DNA of 64,000 nt from an uncultured bacterium (GCA_937930175.1 CALGLP010000013.1:11764-75763), one strand, 5' to 3'. Counted from the first letter of the stretch, positions 1 to 8,975 are shown. Notes: generated from the letters alone by a model not told the origin. Translations and numbers: made by a program.

Positions 1-2
1 TT

Positions 3-101
3 TATCGTGTTCGCGTCGGCGAAGTGGGTTCTTTAGACGCTGCGGAAAAACTAAAAGAAAAGCTTTCCGCGCTTGGATATCCTGCTCTCATCTATCCTTA
101 A
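3..101 (+). CDS. 3' end of a SPOR-domain-like protein; partial, gene starts upstream of the window
   Basis: Open frame from the window edge ending in ...RVRVGEVGSLDAAEKLKEKLSALGYPALIYP*, which looks like the end of a SPOR (sporulation-related repeat) domain. Confidence 0.35.
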   Translation, partial: YRVRVGEVGSLDAAEKLKEKLSALGYPALIYP

Positions 102-166
102 GAAAAAGGTATTCTTTTGTCCTTACAGGACATAGAAAGGTATCGCGCATCCAGTTGCGGGGCTTT

Positions 167-1102
167 ATGAAGAAAAAGATTGTCTTTATCGTCGGTCCGA
201 CTGCCACGGGAAAGACTGACATTGCGCTGATCCTCGCAAAGGCTTTGCGTACCGAAATTATTTCTTGCGATGCCATGCAAGTGTACCAAGAGCTCTCCTT
301 GCTGACAGCGAAACCCTCCCCCCAAGTTCTCAAAACCATCAAGCATCATCTTGTGGATATTGTTTCGGTGGAAGAGGACTGTGATGTCTTTCATTTTCGT
401 AAAAAAGTCTTGTCGTCCATCGTCTCTATGGAGCGTAGAAAGAAGATTCCTTTGATCGTAGGGGGGAGCGGCCTCTATATGTCAATTTTATTAGACGGTA
501 TTTTTGAAGAAGAAAGGCGTGGTCGAAACTTAAGTATGCGAAAGAAAATCGAAGATGAGATGAAGACCCAAGGCCCAGGCTTAGTTTATGAACGGCTTAA
601 AATAGTTGACCCTTGCTCCGCAGCCAAGATCCATGCCAATGACACCCGTCGCATTATTCGCGCGTTGGAAGTTTTTGAAGTTTATGGAAAGCCGATCAGC
701 GAGCTCCACCCTAAGCGTGAGGGGCTTTGGGACAGTCATGATGTGCGTATTTTTGCCTTGGCCATGAAACGCGAAGACCTTTATGCGCGCATCAATCGTC
801 GTGTTGATTGCCTCTTTGATCAAGGCGTTGTTGACGAAGTCCGGAGTATTCAAGATAAAAAAATTAGCCAGACCGCGTCAGGGATGATTGGGCTCAAAGA
901 AATCCAGATGTTGCTTAATGGGGATTTGGACGAAGAAGAGGCCAAGGAGCTGATCAAGCGAAATACCCGGCGCTATGCCAAGCGACAGTTGACGTGGTTT
1001 CGTAAGGAGAAGCGGATTACGTGGATCGACGTTTCTCCTGGGGAAGCGCCGCATGCGATAGCAACAAAAATTTTAACATGCTTAGGAGCCTCATATGCCT
1101 GA
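167..1102 (+). CDS. miaA: tRNA dimethylallyltransferase (tRNA isopentenyltransferase)
   Basis: P-loop GPTATGKT at the N-terminus and MiaA-like length and conservation (DAMQVY, RRYAKRQLTWF). The ORF track starts at TTG 155; I place the start at the first ATG (MKKKIVF). Confidence 0.9.
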   Translation: MKKKIVFIVGPTATGKTDIALILAKALRTEIISCDAMQVYQELSLLTAKPSPQVLKTIKHHLVDIVSVEEDCDVFHFRKKVLSSIVSMERRKKIPLIVGGSGLYMSILLDGIFEEERRGRNLSMRKKIEDEMKTQGPGLVYERLKIVDPCSAAKIHANDTRRIIRALEVFEVYGKPISELHPKREGLWDSHDVRIFALAMKREDLYARINRRVDCLFDQGVVDEVRSIQDKKISQTASGMIGLKEIQMLLNGDLDEEEAKELIKRNTRRYAKRQLTWFRKEKRITWIDVSPGEAPHAIATKILTCLGASYA

Positions 1103-2324
1103 AAGAGTTTTATTAGTTGTTATTGATTTTCGCAAAACCCGTGATTGGCCTCTCCAGGATATTGCTGATGAGCTCAATGGCTTGGTTGTCTCCTGTGGCG
1201 GTGAGGTCGTAGATATCGTGCTTTGCAAGAGCCTTGATCCTAATCCTACGTTTCTGATCGGTGAAGGCAAGGTCAAGGAAATCGCGGAGCTGTGTCTTGT
1301 GAAAGATGTGGACACGGTGATTTTTAGTCAAGATCTGAAAGGCAGTCAGCAGCGCAACCTTGAGGAAGTCTTTGATACCAAGACCATTGACCGCACACAG
1401 CTCATTTTAGATATTTTTGCCAAACGGGCGACGTCGCAGGAAGGAAAAATGCAAGTTGAGCTGGCCCAGCTTGCCTATCTGTTGCCACGGTTAAGCGGCA
1501 AGGGCGTTGAGCTTTCTCGGCCCGGAGGCGGGATCGGAACCCTCGGTCCAGGCGAAACCAAACTTGAAACGGATCGTCGAAGAATCAATCAACGCATCAC
1601 CAAACTTCAACAGGAACTTAAAGGTGTTTCAGCGGCGCGTAAAGTCAAGCGCAAGAAACGTCAGGAAAATAAAATCCCGATGATTTCTTTGGTTGGGTAC
1701 ACCAACGCCGGAAAATCAACGTTGTTGAATTGCTTGACCGACGCCCATCAGGAAACCAAGGATGGGCTCTTTACGACGCTCGATCCTTTGTCGCGGCAAT
1801 ATGTTTTACCGAGCCATCAAAAAGTTATTTTTTCCGATACCGTTGGGTTTATGCACCAGCTTCCCCATGGGCTCATTGAAGCTTTTAAGGCAACCCTCGA
1901 AGAAGTGGTTGAATCAGATCTGCTTTTGCATGTGATTGATGTGAGCCATGCCAAATTTCGCGATTATTACGAATCGGTTCTTGAAGTGTTAAGTGAAATT
2001 AAGGCCGAGCACAAGCCGATGATTACTGTTTTTAACAAGATCGATCAGGTTGCCAATCAAGAAAGCTTCAAGGACCTGGGCAGTCATTTTGAGCATGCGG
2101 TTTTTATCTCCGCGAAGACAGGGGCAAATATCGATGTCTTGGTTCGTGAAATTGAAAGGCTTTTAGGAGGTAGTTTTGTGGATATTGACACCACGATTGC
2201 GCTTAATCGTATGGACTTAGTCAACCTTATCCATCAGCATGGGCACATGCATAGCATTGAATATCTTCCTGATGGAATTCACGTTTGTGCTACGATTCCG
2301 CCTCGTATTGCAGATAAATTTTGA
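1095..2324 (+). CDS. hflX: GTPase HflX
   Basis: HflX N-domain followed by G-domain motifs (GYTNAGKST, DTVGF, NKID). AGGAG RBS 6 nt upstream; overlaps the miaA stop by 8 nt. Confidence 0.9.
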   Translation: MPERVLLVVIDFRKTRDWPLQDIADELNGLVVSCGGEVVDIVLCKSLDPNPTFLIGEGKVKEIAELCLVKDVDTVIFSQDLKGSQQRNLEEVFDTKTIDRTQLILDIFAKRATSQEGKMQVELAQLAYLLPRLSGKGVELSRPGGGIGTLGPGETKLETDRRRINQRITKLQQELKGVSAARKVKRKKRQENKIPMISLVGYTNAGKSTLLNCLTDAHQETKDGLFTTLDPLSRQYVLPSHQKVIFSDTVGFMHQLPHGLIEAFKATLEEVVESDLLLHVIDVSHAKFRDYYESVLEVLSEIKAEHKPMITVFNKIDQVANQESFKDLGSHFEHAVFISAKTGANIDVLVREIERLLGGSFVDIDTTIALNRMDLVNLIHQHGHMHSIEYLPDGIHVCATIPPRIADKF

Positions 2325-2413
2325 TAATTTTTGGAGCAAGATAGTTGTAAATTGTTTATTAGCAATGAGTTAAGGCTTCTTGTAAAAGCGATTTCTCGGG
2401 AATGTCTAGGATA

Positions 2414-2443
2414 CTTGTAATATGGCAAAGTATAGGATATACT
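2414..2443 (+). promoter_or_regulatory. Putative sigma70-type promoter (TTGTAA-N17-TATACT) for the surface-fibre locus
   Basis: Hexamers read directly in the 180-nt intergenic region after hflX. The placement argues for the 2503 start rather than the in-frame ATG at 2422, which has no RBS. Confidence 0.3.
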
Positions 2444-2502
2444 CTAAGTACAGACAGGTCTTAACATATCTAAAAAGATTATTTTTAGTAAGGGAGAAAA
2501 CT

Positions 2503-3879
2503 ATGTCAAGGAATAGGAATTTCTTCTCTATCCTTATTTCAGTCCTTCTGCTTTCTTTGGTTCTTTTTTGCCTAGAAAGTGAAGCAACCTTGAGCCTGGA
2601 TGCCAGCCCTGTACGCGGAGGCAGCAGCCTGAGGTTTGGTCGCGTTGATTCCTCTAAGATGGCTAGCCAGGAGGTTCGGATTCGTGCAAGCTCTGATGAG
2701 GGAAATCAATATCAGATTTTTCAAGCCATGATTGAACCTTTTTCGAATGAAAAAGGTGAGTTTTTGCATGCGTCAGCACTTCAGTCGTATGCGATCACAG
2801 GTTCTAATGCTTTTGGGAGCCTTTATAATCAGCAAATCGCCAATATGAAAAATGCAGATGATCTTTTGTATTCTTCGAGCCCAACAGGCCAGAGCGATTC
2901 CGTGACGATGGTCTATACGATTAATCCGGAGAACATTAATTTATCCGGTCGTTTCTCGGGGAAAATTCTTTACACGATGCGTCCGGTTTCAGGAGGCGCT
3001 CAGAAGCAGGCGTATATCGATGTGTTTTTAGAGATCTCTGAAGATTTTAAGATTCAGACACAGGCGTCATCAGGGAAGAGCCTTGTCAGATTAAAAACAA
3101 AAAGCCCGGTTGACGTGGAAGGATACTTGACCATTTCTTTTTCAGGTAATTTTGGGGAACGCGTTAATGTTTATCAAGAGATTGACCGGTTTCCAGCCAG
3201 CGAGCTTAACGAAGATATTGGTAAGGAGGCGATCCGTTTTTCTGTCACGGGATCTAAGGACGCAGATATTAAGTATTCGACGCCTTCAGCTCTTTCTAGG
3301 CGCATGCTGATTTATTCATCAAGCTTATCAAGCGATGAATTGACCGTCCACTATCTCCTTGATGAGCAAGCATTGGCTAAGGAAAAAGCAGCTGTTTACA
3401 AAGGGCAGATCAAATATATTGTGGAAAAACAAGGTAGCTTCCAGACTATTCTTTTGGATGTTGAAGTCGTGGTTGATCCTGTTTTTGAGCTTTTGGTTAG
3501 CTTTCCCCAGGGCGAGCCGCGCTTTGATAATCTGTTGCCTAACAGCCCTCCCCAGGTGCGGGAAGCGGTGGTTGAAGTGAAGACGAATTTAGGAAAGCCA
3601 TATGCGGTGGTTCAGAAAATTTCATCGCCTCTGGCCAATGAAAAAGGATTTGTGTTCAAGAAGGATTTCTTTGATATGAAGGTTGAGGATGCCGATGGGG
3701 TTGGAAAGAACAATTTTGAGCAATTTGAGCCTGTTCCTCAAGAGGAGCAAGTGATCTTTACTTCTGATCTCAAAGGAAATTCTTGTAAGGCCAGAGTGTA
3801 TTATCGTTTAAGGCCTTATCCTCAGATGGATCCAGGGAATTATTTGACATCGATTGTATATTCTTTAGGTGAAATGTAA
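2503..3879 (+). CDS. Secreted two-domain protein with an internal tandem duplication; candidate tip/adhesin-like subunit of an SCPU/Csu-like fibre
   Basis: Strong RBS AAGGGAG 8 nt before the ATG. Signal peptide MSRNRNFFSILISVLLLSLVLFCLESEA. Two repeats share QYQIFQAMIEPFSNEKGEF / PYAVVQKISSPLANEKGFVF, and each ends in an aromatic/Thr-rich beta-strand motif (GKILYTMRPV ; GNYLTSIVYSLGEM) resembling the C-terminal strand of spore-coat-protein-U (SCPU) pilins. Confidence 0.4.
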   Translation: MSRNRNFFSILISVLLLSLVLFCLESEATLSLDASPVRGGSSLRFGRVDSSKMASQEVRIRASSDEGNQYQIFQAMIEPFSNEKGEFLHASALQSYAITGSNAFGSLYNQQIANMKNADDLLYSSSPTGQSDSVTMVYTINPENINLSGRFSGKILYTMRPVSGGAQKQAYIDVFLEISEDFKIQTQASSGKSLVRLKTKSPVDVEGYLTISFSGNFGERVNVYQEIDRFPASELNEDIGKEAIRFSVTGSKDADIKYSTPSALSRRMLIYSSSLSSDELTVHYLLDEQALAKEKAAVYKGQIKYIVEKQGSFQTILLDVEVVVDPVFELLVSFPQGEPRFDNLLPNSPPQVREAVVEVKTNLGKPYAVVQKISSPLANEKGFVFKKDFFDMKVEDADGVGKNNFEQFEPVPQEEQVIFTSDLKGNSCKARVYYRLRPYPQMDPGNYLTSIVYSLGEM

Positions 3880-3968
3880 AGGAGGTGTGTTTCAAACGAG
3901 AAAAGAAGCACAGAAGGTTGTAGGAACAAGTGTTAAACGTATAACAACATTAAAAAAAGGAGGATAAC

Positions 3969-4577
3969 ATGAAAAAAGTAATATTGATTCTAGCTGTTAT
4001 CGCGTTTGTCGCGGTGGCAACAGCGTCACATTGCTTTGCTTTGAAAGAAGAAAAGACTTTTACGCTGTCGGCCTCGATTCCCTTGGCTCAAAGCATTTCC
4101 ATCAATCCCTATAGCGTCGATACAGCGACAGGAGTGGAAACGCCTGTTACAGGGACGGCTTTAGGTTTTGATCCGATGACTTTTGACCCGGAGAATGAAA
4201 TCTGGACACCCGATCATTATTTCTTTGTTGATGTTGTCACGGCCGGTGGAGCTGGGACTCCGACAACAACCCTGACCTTTACACAAGGACAGAATCCGAA
4301 TGGTGCTATGGGCAATGGCCTTGGCCACAAAGGAAACGTTTCTTATACCAAGGTTGTAGACGGCATCCCTGTAGAAATTCCAACGCATCCCAAAGAGCTT
4401 TTTAAGGATGTCTCTGCGGATACGATTTTGCCTTCTGAGCTAACCGGTGGATACTTTAGAGCCTATTTAGGGATCAACACGGGTGATTCAGGAACGCCAA
4501 CAGGCGGAGAGGTCTTTTCGAATGGCGATGCTGCGGGTACGTATGATGGTACGCTTTTAATTTCAGCAACTTTATAA
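3969..4577 (+). CDS. SCPU (spore coat protein U / CsuA/B-like) domain secreted pilin-like subunit
   Basis: Perfect RBS AAAGGAGGATAACATG and an own promoter-like TTGTAG-N16-TATAAC upstream. Signal peptide present. Gly/Thr-rich, about 180 aa mature. C-terminal AGTYDGTLLISATL closely resembles the CsuA/B C-terminus (QGDYKDTLLVTVNF). Confidence 0.5.
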   Translation: MKKVILILAVIAFVAVATASHCFALKEEKTFTLSASIPLAQSISINPYSVDTATGVETPVTGTALGFDPMTFDPENEIWTPDHYFFVDVVTAGGAGTPTTTLTFTQGQNPNGAMGNGLGHKGNVSYTKVVDGIPVEIPTHPKELFKDVSADTILPSELTGGYFRAYLGINTGDSGTPTGGEVFSNGDAAGTYDGTLLISATL

Positions 4578-4607
4578 TAATTCAAACGCGTGTTGATATT
4601 TTAGAAA

Positions 4608-4667
4608 CTTGTGCAAGAATTTTGCTGACAAGGGAGTGGTTTTTCGGAAAACAAAATTCTTGCACAA
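4608..4667 (+). promoter_or_regulatory. Intercistronic long inverted repeat: 16-bp perfect stem (TTGTGCAAGAATTTTG / CAAAATTCTTGCACAA) with a 27-nt loop, between the pilin-like gene and the chaperone-like gene
   Basis: Read directly in the sequence. The position between a putative major-subunit gene and the assembly genes matches the mRNA-stabilising or attenuating hairpins known in pap/fim operons. Confidence 0.5.
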
Positions 4668-4682
4668 AAGAGAGGTTTGTTT

Positions 4683-5495
4683 ATGAAGAAAGCGTTCTTT
4701 CAAATACTTTTAGCAGGTTTCTTTTGCCTATGTTGTTTTTCCTCTTTTGCTTTCGCTCAATTGTTGCTTGAGGAGGGAAAGGTCGTGCGGTCTTTGAAAG
4801 CGGGCGAGACCGTCATGGGGCAGGTCAAGATCAACAATACGTCAGAGCGCGAAATTTCTGTTAAGGCCTACTGGCAGGATTTTAATTATGTTTCTCCTTT
4901 TGATGGGGCTAAGAAATTTCTTCCTGCAGGAGAGACGCCTCATTCGTGTGCAAAATGGGTCAACTTTATGCCTCAAAGTTTTACGTTAAAACCATATGAG
5001 AAAAAAGAGGTTTCGTATACTATTAAATTTCCCCAGGATGCTCAAGGCGGATATTATGGGGTTTTATTCTTCGAGGATACTGTGGGGCAAAAGAATTCTG
5101 CTACAGGACTTAATGTTGTTGCGCGATTAGGATGCCTGTTTTTTCTTGAAACTGCTGGAAGCCTTCGGCAGGGAGCGGTGCTGAAGATCGCAGCCTCGGG
5201 AAATCGGATTTCTGGAGAATTTCAGAATAAAAGCCAAATCATATTGATACCGCGAGGAATCTTCTATATGATTAATAGTGAGGGCATGATTGTTGGCCGA
5301 GGAGAAATTGATCCCCTATATCTTCCGCCAGGTCAAGGGGCCCCCTTTTTTGTTAATGTTTCAGAGAAGGTCGCTACGGGTGCTTATACCGCAGTTGTTA
5401 CTTTCGATCTAGGTGATGGAGAAACGCTTGTTAAAGAAATTGATTTTACGAAAAAACAAAATTCTTCTATTGAGGTCCTCAAAGTTCGGGATTGA
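4683..5495 (+). CDS. Periplasmic PapD/CsuC-like pilus chaperone candidate (two beta-sandwich domains)
   Basis: RBS AGAGAGG 8 nt upstream of ATG 4683 (the ORF track starts at TTG 4677). Signal peptide present. N-domain pattern (ISVKAYWQDF ... GGYYGVLFFEDTV) resembles the PapD-family subunit-binding cleft strands. A second domain contains DPLYLPPGQGAPFFV. Size of 270 aa is typical of CU chaperones. Confidence 0.4.
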   Translation: MKKAFFQILLAGFFCLCCFSSFAFAQLLLEEGKVVRSLKAGETVMGQVKINNTSEREISVKAYWQDFNYVSPFDGAKKFLPAGETPHSCAKWVNFMPQSFTLKPYEKKEVSYTIKFPQDAQGGYYGVLFFEDTVGQKNSATGLNVVARLGCLFFLETAGSLRQGAVLKIAASGNRISGEFQNKSQIILIPRGIFYMINSEGMIVGRGEIDPLYLPPGQGAPFFVNVSEKVATGAYTAVVTFDLGDGETLVKEIDFTKKQNSSIEVLKVRD

Positions 5496-8400
5496 TGAAA
5501 ATTTTTTTTCCAAGAAAACTACATTTTCTATTATCCTGGGAGCCTTTCTCCTAAGCTGTTTTCTTTTTCTTCCTTTTTCTTCTGCTGAAGAATTTGTCTC
5601 CTATTCCTTTTTTGAAAAAAAAGGAATGGAAGCCTTAAAAGATGGTAACTATGCTGATGCCATCGATTTCTTTAAAGAAGCCTTGCTTGTCAACCCTTCC
5701 GCCCAAGATTCTTTAAATTTCCTTAATGCTATTAAAAGACTTCAGCAAGGACGCGTGAGTATCGTTGAGTTTGAGGAGCGAACGCATTCTTTGGAGCGTG
5801 AAGCCTATTATACTCTTATCAAGAGAGAGCAAGATGAAGCGGTGGCCAGGATTGAGAAGCTTGCAGAGATTGAGGGTGGGTCTTTTCAAGAAGAACCTCC
5901 TTTAGTGAAGGCACCTGACAAGGAGGGAGATTTTTCGTCTGCGGAGAATCTCGCGCATCAAAAACAGCAGGAGACGGAAAAAGGTCTGGATTTCTTAGAG
6001 TTGATGGCCGAGCAAAAGTCTCAAGCAATCACAGAAGCAGGACCATCATCTGAAGAATCAAGTCTTTTAGAAAAAAAGAAAAAGCGTGAAGCCTTTATTG
6101 CAGATGCACTTTTGAGTTATGAATCAAGCTTGTCGGTTAAGAAGTCTCTTGCCCAGAAACCTCCCGTTGAGAAACCTCCTATCAAGAAACTTCTTCCTCA
6201 AGAGTCTCTTTCAGGGAAACCGTCTCAAAGCCCGCAAACGAATTTAATGCCGAGCAAGGAGGCAGTAAAAGCCAAGACAAGCGATTCTTTACTAACAAAA
6301 GCGGATACGATTGACCTTGATGATCGTCTTTGGGATGTTGCACAAAAACCAAAGCTCCATATTGATATGGGGACATCGATGGTTCTGCGTGGAAAAGACA
6401 TTGAACGTTATTTGGTGATTTCTCCAGGGTTTATTCGGGTTGACCGCCTGGATCGTGACCATATTGTTTTGACAGCAGAAAAACGAGGAAAGACGGTTCT
6501 CCTTATCTGGGAAACTCATGGGCGATGGTCGTTCAATGTGGAAGCTGTCTTTCCTGTCCAGAAGGCAACGGCCGCAGAGCAAAATGTTTGGTCCCGTGAT
6601 AGCGACCCGTTTCGATTTACATACTCAGCGGATTGGACGAATTATTATTCTAATGAGGGTTCTGATGAATTTGAGCGACGGACATTAACCTTTATGCAGC
6701 GCATGATGCTTGAGGGTGAAAGCCCCTATGGCTATTTTGATACATCAGTTGTTTTTGATAAGCTTGACGATACAACAGAGGCCACGGGATATTCCGTGGG
6801 ATTGACAGATGGCCGTATTGGTCCTTTTTCGGATTTTAGTCTCCGCGGGTTTGATGCCAAGAAAACATTCTCCCCCTTGACGTTATCGTCAAAATATTTC
6901 CGCGGGATCTTGTATGATCAAAATCTCTTTAATAAGAATTTTTCCTATACTTTCTTGACCGGGCGCGATCGCTCCGCTTATGGTTACTTAACCCCAGAGC
7001 TGATGAACAAGCAGGACTTTTTTGTAACGGGTGCTCGTATGCAGCTTTTCCCAGAGGGCAAACATCGTTATGCTTTTAATTATACCGAAGGGAAGGGAAC
7101 TGATCAGCCCTCAAATTTAAAAAGTACAGCAATGTCGGTTGAAACCTTTCAAGAGTTTGGCAACTTAGATCTTTCTGCAGAATTGGCTTACGCCCAAAAA
7201 GACTATGCCAGCATTGCTGCGATGGAGTACGCCATTAGCCCGGAGATGGATGTAGCGGTGAATTTCCGCAATATTGACAAAGATTACACGATGGTGACCT
7301 CGAATGTTTCTGGCCAAGGTGAGGTAGGAAGTATTCTTTCGTTTTCTTGGCGGCCAGAGGACTTTAACGTTGATTCAGCGCTTGATCTTTATCGCAATCG
7401 GCTTATTCCTAACCCTTTTAATGATGATGCCTATAATTATGATTGGTCAACATCGATTAGGAAAATTATCAACGATTCCTCATCGCTGAGCTCTAATATT
7501 TATTATTTGTATACCCCGGGAGTCTTGTCGCCGGCTCGCAACTTTAGAATCTATAATATGTATTCGAAAAGCTTTAGGATCGCTGAATCAAGGATGCTTT
7601 CTGCTTTTATTGGCCAATCCTATCAACGAAGCCGTTATGATTATTCTCCAGCATCTGAATTTGACCGTCTGGGCGCATCAGCTGGGATCCGGATTCCTTT
7701 TTTTGAGAGCCTGGCGTATTATTGCAATTATGAACATTTTTGGGTTGAGGAGATGCTTACCCAGAATCATATTCAGCCCCATGTTGTGACTACGGGATTT
7801 AATTATTCGAAAAGTATTACCGATCATATTACTGGCAATCTTGATCTTTCCTATCGTAGGGAAGAGGGCACCCAGAGTCCGCTTAGCTTTCTGGCTGGAG
7901 AGGATAGCGCAGGTTTTGCGGCGGGGATTACGTACCGACCAAGTTCAGATCTTGATTTTTATCTGGATAGTTCTGGTAGAAGAATTTGGCCTAAAGATGC
8001 ATCGCGTGAAGAATATTTCGAGGCGGATGTCCGTTGCGGCGTGCGTCTTGGCTGGGAATTACCTTTTCACTGGAATCCCCAAGGCTATGTTGCAGGTGTT
8101 GTTTTTAAAGATATGAATGGTAATGGCAAGCAAGACCTGGAGGAAGAAGGGATCGCGGGCGTGACGCTTCAGGTGGGTAAAGAACAGGTGACCACAGGGG
8201 CAAATGGACGGTATTTAGTGCAAGTCAGGGCGAGGAGCGTTCAAGTCGGTCTTGATTTCAACACTCTTCCCCAGGGTTATATTCTGACAACGGCGCTGTA
8301 TCAAAATGTTGAGATCGTTCCTCAGGGCACCGTCAAGGCGAATTTTGGCCTTACAACACAATCAGGTATTTATGGTGTTGTTTATTATGATGCCAATGGG

Positions 8401-8649
8401 AATAAAAAGCCTGATGAAAGGGATGAGTTTTTGCCTGGGGTTAAGATTATCTTAGACGGCAAGGATGAAATCTTTACGGATTTTGAAGGTGCATACTCTT
8501 TCTCAGGCATTGCTCCTGGAAAGCATGAAATCAGTTTTGATGTTAATTCCATCCCTGTGGAGTATATTCCGCTTGTTAAGCTTAAGAATGAGATTGAAGT
8601 CCAAGAAGGCACGACCTATATCTTTCATATCCTAGTGAAGAAGCAATAA
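5416..8649 (+). CDS. Large outer-membrane protein: TPR-like region, K/P/E-rich linker, CpaC/RcpA-type pilus-formation N-terminal-like domain, predicted beta-barrel, and two C-terminal CarboxypepD_reg/Cna-B-like beta-sandwich repeats; candidate atypical usher/export pore
   Basis: Signal peptide KKTTFSIILGAFLLSCFLFLPFSSA. TPR-like MEALKDGNYADAIDFFKEALLVNPS. Low-complexity KPPVEKPPIKKLLPQESLSGKPSQSP. LHIDMGTSMVLRGKDIERYLVISPGFIRVDRLDRDHIVLTAEKRGKTVLLIWETHGRWSFNVEAV matches the T2SS-T3SS_pil_N/CpaC N-domain pattern. An aromatic-rich segment with alternating hydrophobicity for about 550 aa suggests a barrel. C-terminal repeats DMNGNGKQDLEEEGIAGVTLQV...TTGANGRYL and YYDANGNKKPDERDEFLPGVKIILDG...FEGAYSFSGIAPGKHEI. 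Start is uncertain: ATG 5416 overlaps the upstream gene by about 80 nt, and TTG 5470 is an alternative. Confidence 0.5.
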   Translation: MEKRLLKKLILRKNKILLLRSSKFGIDENFFSKKTTFSIILGAFLLSCFLFLPFSSAEEFVSYSFFEKKGMEALKDGNYADAIDFFKEALLVNPSAQDSLNFLNAIKRLQQGRVSIVEFEERTHSLEREAYYTLIKREQDEAVARIEKLAEIEGGSFQEEPPLVKAPDKEGDFSSAENLAHQKQQETEKGLDFLELMAEQKSQAITEAGPSSEESSLLEKKKKREAFIADALLSYESSLSVKKSLAQKPPVEKPPIKKLLPQESLSGKPSQSPQTNLMPSKEAVKAKTSDSLLTKADTIDLDDRLWDVAQKPKLHIDMGTSMVLRGKDIERYLVISPGFIRVDRLDRDHIVLTAEKRGKTVLLIWETHGRWSFNVEAVFPVQKATAAEQNVWSRDSDPFRFTYSADWTNYYSNEGSDEFERRTLTFMQRMMLEGESPYGYFDTSVVFDKLDDTTEATGYSVGLTDGRIGPFSDFSLRGFDAKKTFSPLTLSSKYFRGILYDQNLFNKNFSYTFLTGRDRSAYGYLTPELMNKQDFFVTGARMQLFPEGKHRYAFNYTEGKGTDQPSNLKSTAMSVETFQEFGNLDLSAELAYAQKDYASIAAMEYAISPEMDVAVNFRNIDKDYTMVTSNVSGQGEVGSILSFSWRPEDFNVDSALDLYRNRLIPNPFNDDAYNYDWSTSIRKIINDSSSLSSNIYYLYTPGVLSPARNFRIYNMYSKSFRIAESRMLSAFIGQSYQRSRYDYSPASEFDRLGASAGIRIPFFESLAYYCNYEHFWVEEMLTQNHIQPHVVTTGFNYSKSITDHITGNLDLSYRREEGTQSPLSFLAGEDSAGFAAGITYRPSSDLDFYLDSSGRRIWPKDASREEYFEADVRCGVRLGWELPFHWNPQGYVAGVVFKDMNGNGKQDLEEEGIAGVTLQVGKEQVTTGANGRYLVQVRARSVQVGLDFNTLPQGYILTTALYQNVEIVPQGTVKANFGLTTQSGIYGVVYYDANGNKKPDERDEFLPGVKIILDGKDEIFTDFEGAYSFSGIAPGKHEISFDVNSIPVEYIPLVKLKNEIEVQEGTTYIFHILVKKQ

Positions 8650-8708
8650 TGGATTGATGTTGGCTGGAAGAGATTCTTGAAATCTAAGAGGGCGTGCTGT
8701 CTGTCCTC

Positions 8709-8957
8709 TTATTTTGAAACAACGGTTTTGACCATCACCATTTCGTTATTGCGAATATCCTTTTCCATCGCAATCTGCATTGTTTTCCTCGAGGCCTGGG
8801 ACAATTCTTGTGCTTTAGCCTGGACCTGAAATGTTGCAGGGATGGTCACCGATAACTTGTATGCCTTAGTTGCTCCTGCGCCAGCTTCTGCTATGGAGCA
8901 GAAAGCAAAGACCAAGATGAACAGACCTGCGATACCTTTGAAATAGCTCGTTCTCAT
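8709..8957 (-). CDS. Small secreted protein (82 aa, signal peptide), downstream of a riboswitch-like leader
   Basis: Strong RBS AAAGGAG 7-8 nt before the ATG on the minus strand. Signal peptide MRTSYFKGIAGLFILVFAFCSIAEA. Convergent with the large outer-membrane-protein gene. Directly preceded by a terminator hairpin plus leader, which is riboswitch/attenuator architecture. Confidence 0.55.
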   Translation of the reverse strand: MRTSYFKGIAGLFILVFAFCSIAEAGAGATKAYKLSVTIPATFQVQAKAQELSQASRKTMQIAMEKDIRNNEMVMVKTVVSK

Positions 8958-8975
8958 TTTGATTCTCCTTTCATA

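Noticed and set aside
88-394. Antisense ORFs (84 and 98 aa) inside miaA, and similar minus-strand ORFs inside clpB (10793-11417), lptD (27142-28109), rfbB (29911-30342) and others
   Set aside because: They are fully embedded opposite well-supported conserved genes, have no RBS, and show low-complexity composition. They are typical spurious six-frame ORFs.
2422-2502. Longer start (ATG 2422) for the first fibre-locus protein, giving a 27-aa N-terminal extension
   Set aside because: There is no RBS, and it would overlap the predicted -10 element. The strong AAGGGAG RBS and the signal peptide favour ATG 2503.
8680-8715. Weak hairpin (AAGAGG..CCTCTT plus ATTTT) between the convergent large outer-membrane-protein gene and the small secreted-protein gene, considered as a bidirectional terminator
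   Set aside because: Only 6 bp with a 13-nt loop and a poor U-tract, and it overlaps the 3' end of the small CDS. It may contribute to termination but is too weak to call.
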